Virus genome (UHGV): UHGV-0312038
Direction: 5' to 3' (one strand)
DNA: 63,686 nucleotides
Source: a virus
Shown here: positions 57,861 through 63,686 of the stretch, piece after piece
How the letters are laid out: each line of letters starts with the position of its first letter
Position numbering within the stretch: the stretch's first letter is position 1
Program-made: the position numbers and the translations under genes
The notes under the pieces: generated by a model
Told to the model about the DNA's origin: nothing
The model's database searches: none
Seen by the model: the letters and a program-made list of their open reading frames with translations, nothing else

Positions 57861-58328
57861 CCATACTCTGCAACAGGTTATTGACTTAGCTGTTAAAACT
57901 GCTGTACTTAAGGCGAAAAAGGGAGCAATTCTGGAATGCCGTCCGATTGGCTCATATTTCTTAACTGAAACTGAGGATGACCCTAATATACTTTTCGGGG
58001 GGGGTGGCAGAAGATGACTGGCCGTTATGTCTTACAGTGTTCTGACGATAGCCATAAGGTCGGTACTACGGTAGAAGCGGGACTACCAAATATCACTGGT
58101 AAGGCTACTTTTCTACTAACTGATGGAATAGACCAAACGAGCTATCCAGACCTTGGTTGCTTTTACTGGGATAATTATAAGTACACCATGACAATGGACT
58201 CCACAAATACAGGCCCTGCGAAGCGAGACCTCGCTTTCAGCGCCTCCCGTTCCAACTCCATATACGGAAACAGTGATACCGTTCAGCCGTCCGCACGTAT
58301 TGTAAATGTATGGAAGAGGGTTTCATAA
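57853..58328 (+). pseudogene. tail-collar-domain gene split by a frameshift at a G8 tract (57997-58004)
   Basis: ORF 57853..58017 (…IGSYFLTETEDDPNILFGGGGRR*) and ORF 58014..58328. Adding one G fuses them into a protein paralogous to 58328..58822 (…VGSIYTSTKPTDPHELFGGTW…). Confidence 0.5.
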
Positions 58329-58822
58329 TGAACCTAGTAGAATACACAACCAAGATGATTAAATTAATCAAGCTCTTAAGCTGGCCAGTTGGGAGCATAT
58401 ACACCTCTACCAAACCTACTGACCCGCATGAACTCTTCGGCGGCACGTGGGAACCCATACAGGATACTTTCCTGTGGTGCGCCGGGCCAAAGCATGCGGC
58501 GGGGACGACTGGCGGCGAAGAGACGCATACGCTGACGGTGGAGGAGTCCCCAGAGCATACACATGATATTTCTTCTACAACTATAACTGGTTCATTCCGT
58601 GTGTGGTGGTCAACGGTAAATAGCACTTCCGGCTGTTTTTGGGGAGATAGTGTAACACATAATCCATCTAAAAACGGTGTTGTAGATAATAGTACTAATT
58701 ATTATGACCTAGTGAATTTCGAAAATACTCACCTTCATAGTATTGGCAACACCGGCGGAAATCAGCCTCATAACAACATGCCGCCTTACAGGTCGGTGTA
58801 CGCTTGGGAGAGAGTAAAATAG
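58328..58822 (+). CDS. tail collar domain protein (short fibre-like)
   Basis: Collar-domain pattern GSIYTS...DPHELFGGTW, EETHTLTVEESPEHTHD, GGNQPHNNMPPY. Start overlaps the previous stop (TAATG). Confidence 0.6.
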   Translation: MNLVEYTTKMIKLIKLLSWPVGSIYTSTKPTDPHELFGGTWEPIQDTFLWCAGPKHAAGTTGGEETHTLTVEESPEHTHDISSTTITGSFRVWWSTVNSTSGCFWGDSVTHNPSKNGVVDNSTNYYDLVNFENTHLHSIGNTGGNQPHNNMPPYRSVYAWERVK

Positions 58823-58842
58823 GAGGACTATAATGGAAGATT

Positions 58843-59232
58843 GGAAGCAGAGAGTGGTCGATGAATACAAACAACTGCATGGGCGGTACGAATGACTGTC
58901 GGTTATGATAGCCAAATATGAAGCTGGCACGCTCCCGTTCACACTGAACTGTCCCATATGTCTCCTGAGAATGCAGGCTGATACCATGCGGAAGTATCTT
59001 GACATCCTTGAGATACGAGGCAAAATTGAGAAAATTAATCTGGTTGATTGGATTGTGCCACAGTGGAATACAGAGGATGATACCGGGTGGCAGTACAGAT
59101 ACGGACAAAATGACTGTTGACTGGGGGGATGGCATTTCCACTATGCTTATTGGCTCCGGTCTCAACCCTCTGTTTGTCCATACGTACAATGTTCCCTTCA
59201 CTGACAACTATACTCTAATATCCGAGGACTAG
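58843..59232 (+). pseudogene. decayed N-terminal fragment of a DWGDG-family gene (frameshifted pieces, no LRR body)
   Basis: Frame A ...IVPQWNTEDD... and frame B ...TDKMTVDWGDGISTM...VHTY together resemble the N-terminus of the 55857 gene. Confidence 0.35.
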
Positions 59233-59367
59233 CATGGACAATCCAGATAATCAGGATTTCCCTTTTTCCACCCTTACAGGACAATTTCCTGATGTTCCCG
59301 ATGAAGAGGAAGAGAAGGAATATCGGGAGTTTCGTAAGTTTCTGGATGAAATTTTCGGAGCATATGA

Positions 59368-60576
59368 ATGATAGTACAGCGTACATTTCTCGGCGGCAGG
59401 CGTTGGACAGGGCCATGGAGAATACGTGTTGACACTATGGCTGGGGGTACATCCAACCGTACGATGACTAACTATATGAATAGTGGTTTCAGTAATAACC
59501 CTATTCTTACTGACTGGGGTGATGGTACTCGTACTGTAGCAAAAAGCATCGCTTCCCATACTTACGCCAGCGATGGCGATTATATTATATCTCATTACTC
59601 ATTAGATGATTTTGCCACAGCCATTCTGCTAGGAGGCAACCATAAAAATATTGTTGAAGTACTCGACCCATTCCCGAGGCTCCCTTCTGTAGGGGGCTCG
59701 TTCCCGTGGTTCGCGACTATTTTTTCTGGGGATAGCTATCTACAGACTATTCCCTCGAATTTGTTCGATAGTAATGCTGATTTTATAACAACTCTAGATA
59801 ACACATTTAGTAGTATACAAGGGGGGCCGCTGCATTTACCAGCTGGATTATTCAAGCGCTTATTCAAACTATCTGATATTAGCAGTACATTCTATAATAG
59901 TGTTCTTGACCATATACCAGATGGGTTATTTGAGGGGATGACTACGATAGAAGACGCGCAAAATACATTTGAAAACACGAAAGCGTCTTATTGTGGTAAT
60001 AGAATTTTTGCCGGTTGCACGGGTCTTACTAGTGTTACCCATTGTTTCTTTAGGGCTAATATTCCAGTTTTTGGCGACGATACATTTAATGGTTGTGCTA
60101 AAATATCATCTAGTAATTCATATACTTTCGAAGGTCTTCGTTATACCAAGAGTGTAGGAGCCAGAACTTTCGCTAATTGCACAGGCATTACATCCTGTGG
60201 ATATAATTTTGACTATTTATCCAATGATGCTAGCCCGGAGCTGGAGTCAATTGGTGATTACACATGGCAGAATTGTACAGCTTTAGAAAGAACTAGCTAT
60301 TTTTTGTCTAATGCTCCCAAGCTCAAGACACTGCCGTCGCATACTTTCTCTGGTTGCACCAAGTTAAAATCCATAGATTCACTTTTTTATAGCGGTGGGT
60401 CAGCACTCGGTGCTATGGATCTGTATCTGGAAAGTTGCCCTAATTTTATTAATTCCAGCGCGTTCAAGACTGTTCCGGATATGACAGCAACCACGCAGCG
60501 TATAATCCATGTACCTTCTGGATGTACAATAACAAGCAGATTCCCCAATAAATACACAGTAGTGGCGGATAATTAA
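59368..60576 (+). CDS. BspA-type LRR protein with N-terminal DWGDG...SHTY domain
   Basis: FAGCTGLTSV, FNGCAKISS, FANCTGITS, FSGCTKLKSI repeats. 402 aa. Confidence 0.55.
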   Translation: MIVQRTFLGGRRWTGPWRIRVDTMAGGTSNRTMTNYMNSGFSNNPILTDWGDGTRTVAKSIASHTYASDGDYIISHYSLDDFATAILLGGNHKNIVEVLDPFPRLPSVGGSFPWFATIFSGDSYLQTIPSNLFDSNADFITTLDNTFSSIQGGPLHLPAGLFKRLFKLSDISSTFYNSVLDHIPDGLFEGMTTIEDAQNTFENTKASYCGNRIFAGCTGLTSVTHCFFRANIPVFGDDTFNGCAKISSSNSYTFEGLRYTKSVGARTFANCTGITSCGYNFDYLSNDASPELESIGDYTWQNCTALERTSYFLSNAPKLKTLPSHTFSGCTKLKSIDSLFYSGGSALGAMDLYLESCPNFINSSAFKTVPDMTATTQRIIHVPSGCTITSRFPNKYTVVADN

Positions 60577-60578
60577 TC

Positions 60579-61028
60579 ATGTTAGCGCAGTATCGCTGGG
60601 CCTCTCTTGCTCAGGACCTTGCCGTTATGCAGGTTCCGGATACACCCATTACGGAACTTGACACTATTTATAATACATATAATATATCCGAAAAAGACCT
60701 CCAGAAGATTCTTATTGTTCCTGAATTTCAGGATATGTACAGGAACTCACTGGAACAGCTCAGAGCCAAGGGAAGCAGAGCCGGGTCTATGTACAGAGCG
60801 GGGACGCTCTCACAGGCGCTTGCGGAAAAGCTCTTCCGGGACGCGGTGAATGAGAACATGAAACCCGCTGAAGCATTGAAGCTCCTTGAACTTCTTTATA
60901 AAGTTTCCGGTTCCATGAATACAGAACAGCAGGTAGTTAATACGCAGGTTAATGTAGGTGTGGCCATCCCTGTACCGGAAGGGATGAAGAACCATAAGCT
61001 CGACCATCTCAGGAGCGCGAATGTTTAA
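60579..61028 (+). CDS. putative terminase small subunit (by position)
   Basis: 149 aa, immediately upstream of and overlapping the TerL start. Confidence 0.4.
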   Translation: MLAQYRWASLAQDLAVMQVPDTPITELDTIYNTYNISEKDLQKILIVPEFQDMYRNSLEQLRAKGSRAGSMYRAGTLSQALAEKLFRDAVNENMKPAEALKLLELLYKVSGSMNTEQQVVNTQVNVGVAIPVPEGMKNHKLDHLRSANV

Positions 61029-62523
61029 CTACGTTCCATCCCCTACAGGTCTGAGATTCCACGAATCTGACAAGTATATAAAGATGCTCTGCGGCCCTTA
61101 TGGCAGTGGCAAGTCCTGCTGTTGCGCCATGGATATTCTTTACTATGCCTGTGCCCAGCCTGTAGCTAAGGATGGAATGCGTTACTCCCGTGTTGGTGTT
61201 ATCCGTTCCACGTATCCTGAACTCACCTCCATGACCCGCAAGTCTCTTCTTGAGGTATTGCCCCGGGAATGCGGTGATATTACTGGTGCAGTAGCTCCTC
61301 TTCGCGGTGTTTATCTTATCCCTTTACAGGATGGCACTACGGTTAATCTGGAGCTCAACCTGTTTGCCCTGAAAGGCCCTGAGGACTGTAGTAAGATTCT
61401 CTCCGCTAACTGGACGTTCGCGTGGATAAATGAAGCAACCGGTGTTTCACCAGAAGTCTTTGCCGCTGTACAGACCCGTATCGGGCGTTTCCCCCCACAG
61501 GATTTAGGGGGTGTAAACTGGGGCGGGATTATCATGGACTTCAACCAGCCTGAGCACGACTCATGGCTGGACGTGTACATGAAGAACCCTGAGCCGAACT
61601 GGCTTGTTGTGAAACAGCCCCCTGCGGCTCTGCGCCGGTTTGACGAGGACGGGAAGAAGTATTTTGATGTAAACCCCGATGCGGAGAATCTCCGTAATCT
61701 GGGTGCCAAGGAAGAAGGCGACCCTGAGGATATGACACCAGAAGAGCGGGGCATGCGGTACTACCGCAACCAGATACAGACCCTGCTCAAGAACGGGCGT
61801 GTTGATGTTGTAGAGAATCAGTATTGTCTTCTTGACGTCCCTGTTGTGGAAGGCAAGCCGGTATTCTCCAACTTCTCCCCCTCCCGCCATATTGCAGACC
61901 ACGAACTCACGCCCATGATGTTTCATGAGGTTGTGCTCGGCGTTGACCAGTCTGGTATTCATCCTGCCGCGGTCATACTCCAGAATCAGGACGGCAAATG
62001 GTGCGTACTGGATGAGCTGTTCGCTGACAATGAAGGGTTTGAGAACTTCCTTTACGGTATGCTGATACCGCTTCTCCGGGGCAAGTATCACACGAATCCT
62101 GTTGTAGCGGCTATTGACCCGTCCAACCAGCGGGACTCATGGACAGGCATTACTCCCCGACAGCGTTTCGAGGAAGCCGGCATACCCGCTGTTACTGAGA
62201 TTACAAACTCTCCGAAGGCCCGTATTCAGGTTGTGGAACATATGCTCAACCTTGATACAGGCGGTCTTCTTATAAGTCCATCTTGCAAGAACGTCATTAA
62301 TGGGTTTACACATGAGTACCGGTACAGGAGGCTGAGAGCCAGTGGTTCTATCGGTACGGTGTATACCCCTCAGCCTGAAAAGAACGAAGCGTCACATTAT
62401 CAGGATGCTCTTCAGTATGCGGCCCTGCTTATACAGAAGGGCATTGATTACACTGATGACGACCTTTCCGATGTAGCCCGTAAATTATCCGAGAGCAGAA
62501 ATGTTCTTCGTAGGATTATCTAA
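61021..62523 (+). CDS. terL: terminase large subunit
   Basis: Walker A CGPYGSGKS and Walker B-like FAWINEAT. C-terminal nuclease region. 500 aa. Confidence 0.85.
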   Translation: MFNYVPSPTGLRFHESDKYIKMLCGPYGSGKSCCCAMDILYYACAQPVAKDGMRYSRVGVIRSTYPELTSMTRKSLLEVLPRECGDITGAVAPLRGVYLIPLQDGTTVNLELNLFALKGPEDCSKILSANWTFAWINEATGVSPEVFAAVQTRIGRFPPQDLGGVNWGGIIMDFNQPEHDSWLDVYMKNPEPNWLVVKQPPAALRRFDEDGKKYFDVNPDAENLRNLGAKEEGDPEDMTPEERGMRYYRNQIQTLLKNGRVDVVENQYCLLDVPVVEGKPVFSNFSPSRHIADHELTPMMFHEVVLGVDQSGIHPAAVILQNQDGKWCVLDELFADNEGFENFLYGMLIPLLRGKYHTNPVVAAIDPSNQRDSWTGITPRQRFEEAGIPAVTEITNSPKARIQVVEHMLNLDTGGLLISPSCKNVINGFTHEYRYRRLRASGSIGTVYTPQPEKNEASHYQDALQYAALLIQKGIDYTDDDLSDVARKLSESRNVLRRII

Positions 62524-62525
62524 TA

Positions 62526-63686
62526 ATGGCAGATGAAACTGTTTCCAGTACAGACAGCAATGGTATAGACTGGCTCAGGGAGATTGAGGATATTCCCTCG
62601 AACGTCTCTGACAGGCTGGGTAAAGAAGTTCTCCGCAGATGGAACGGCGCAGTCCTGTGGCAGAGTACCGAGCGTGTCAACGGCAAAGGGCTCAGGGATG
62701 TGCTCCGTGAATGCTGGGAACAGCAGAACGGAGTTTTGTCCTGTTCAGACCAGCAGATAGCCGATGCCCTCGGGGTTAACGCCATAGTTAACCTTACTGC
62801 GCTTAAGACCGGTATAGCGAATGCCTATCTTAGCGACGCGCTTATCAGCAGTACATTAACTCTTCCGTGGGTTATCATGGCCACGCCGAGGCCGAGCATT
62901 TCTCCGGAGTCACGCGAGATGCTTCTTACCGTTCTGAAGCAGGGGTTCTTTGAGAACCGCTTTCAGGACGGTACGCAGATGGTTGATTTCATCCGCCGTG
63001 GGAAACAGCTTCTTCTGCGTCATGAGAAGGAAGAAGCGGATAAAGCGGCTAATGAAATGATGTCCCTGCTGGAAGACCAGTGTGTCGAAGGCGGGTTTAA
63101 CAGAGCGCTGTCTGACTTCCTACATTATTTTACGGTATATCCTTATTCGATTTTTACCGGCCCGTATATTACAAGAAGCCCCCGTCTGACGTGGGGCAGG
63201 AACAAACCCAGAGTACAGACGGAAGTACTCCCTGTATTCCGTTCTATATCTCCATTTGATTTCGCCTATTCTCCTGACAGTCCGGATACCCAGCGGGGAA
63301 CCTGTGTGTTTACCCGCACGCTCTGGACACGCAAGGAGCTTCTTGATGCGGGCAAGCTCAGCTCCTACATATCTGAGAATGTTCTGGATGTACTGAAGAA
63401 AGCAGATACAAATGATGAGTTCAATCTGAACTGGCTGACCAGAGAGCCTAATTCGGAAAAGAGAGACCTTGCCCTGTGGGCATCCAACGTTGCCCCCATT
63501 GAGGTACTGACTCATTACGGTATCATGTCCGGACGGGAACTGGCTGAATACGGGTTCCACAGTCTTGACCGCAGTGAGTTCTACAACTGCGAGATTTCCA
63601 TGGCCGGGTACAAGGTATTGCAGGTCAAGGTTAACTCCGACCCGCACATGCAGACCCGTCCTATTTACACGTCCAGTTTCTACCGT
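62526..63686 (+). CDS. 5'-partial CDS running off the window; putative portal protein N-terminal part
   Basis: ATG right after the TerL stop. 386 codons with no stop before the window end. Its frame matches the frame-1 ORF at the window start. Confidence 0.45.
   Translation, partial: MADETVSSTDSNGIDWLREIEDIPSNVSDRLGKEVLRRWNGAVLWQSTERVNGKGLRDVLRECWEQQNGVLSCSDQQIADALGVNAIVNLTALKTGIANAYLSDALISSTLTLPWVIMATPRPSISPESREMLLTVLKQGFFENRFQDGTQMVDFIRRGKQLLLRHEKEEADKAANEMMSLLEDQCVEGGFNRALSDFLHYFTVYPYSIFTGPYITRSPRLTWGRNKPRVQTEVLPVFRSISPFDFAYSPDSPDTQRGTCVFTRTLWTRKELLDAGKLSSYISENVLDVLKKADTNDEFNLNWLTREPNSEKRDLALWASNVAPIEVLTHYGIMSGRELAEYGFHSLDRSEFYNCEISMAGYKVLQVKVNSDPHMQTRPIYTSSFYR

Overview
The window reads as a near-complete dsDNA phage genome of about 64 kb, probably from an anaerobic (gut-type) host. 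That host inference rests on the class III anaerobic ribonucleotide reductase NrdD/NrdG pair and the BspA-type leucine-rich-repeat proteins. Neither tRNAs nor CRISPR arrays were seen, and no integrase was recognised.

The layout has two arms that diverge from a repeat-dense, origin-like regulatory hub of about 2.7 kb (43740-46450).

1. The leftward arm (minus strand, 43739 down to 24294) holds the early, DNA-metabolism genes. In transcription order these are: small regulators; two tandem paralogs; a MoxR-type AAA+ ATPase, an acidic-repeat protein and a vWA/HExxH protein; a membrane protein; a ThyX-like protein; a family-A DNA polymerase carrying an intein; a Cas4-like nuclease; a VRR-NUC nuclease; an SNF2 helicase; an AlpA-like helix-turn-helix protein; a recombination/ssDNA-binding pair; and a primase-helicase.

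2. The rightward arm (plus strand from 46450, which I infer wraps through the window end back to 24316) runs as follows. It starts with an HU-like protein and a host-takeover / counter-defence cluster (zinc ribbon, MazG-like, Lar-like). Next come NrdD, a lysozyme-like protein, dCMP deaminase and a putative lysis cassette. A tail-fibre locus follows, with a tail-collar duplication, fibre genes sharing a common N-terminal anchor, and BspA-like LRR proteins. TerS, TerL and the portal N-terminus then run off the window end. Resuming at window position 1 are the portal C-terminus, small proteins, scaffold, an HK97-fold major capsid protein and a long structural/tail block with two proteins above 1000 aa, a collagen-like protein and an Ig-like protein. 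The arm ends with a strong intrinsic terminator and NrdG.

Observations I would follow up:

- The DNA polymerase motif B is split by a class-1 intein whose HNH homing endonuclease lies in a different, overlapping reading frame.
- The early arm carries a MoxR AAA+ ATPase / acidic-repeat protein / vWA-zincin triad preceded by two tandem paralogs.
- An iteron-plus-AT-rich array looks like a replication origin.
- A GC-rich, ORF-free, roughly 500-nt structured region ends in a terminator and may be a non-coding RNA.
- A triple tandem-repeat array (phased T-tracts, G-rich 10-mers, 8-bp DnaA-box-like repeats) sits upstream of the HU gene.
- A G8 homopolymer splits one tail-collar gene.

Everything here is read by eye from the sequence and the ORF track. 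No database search was run.
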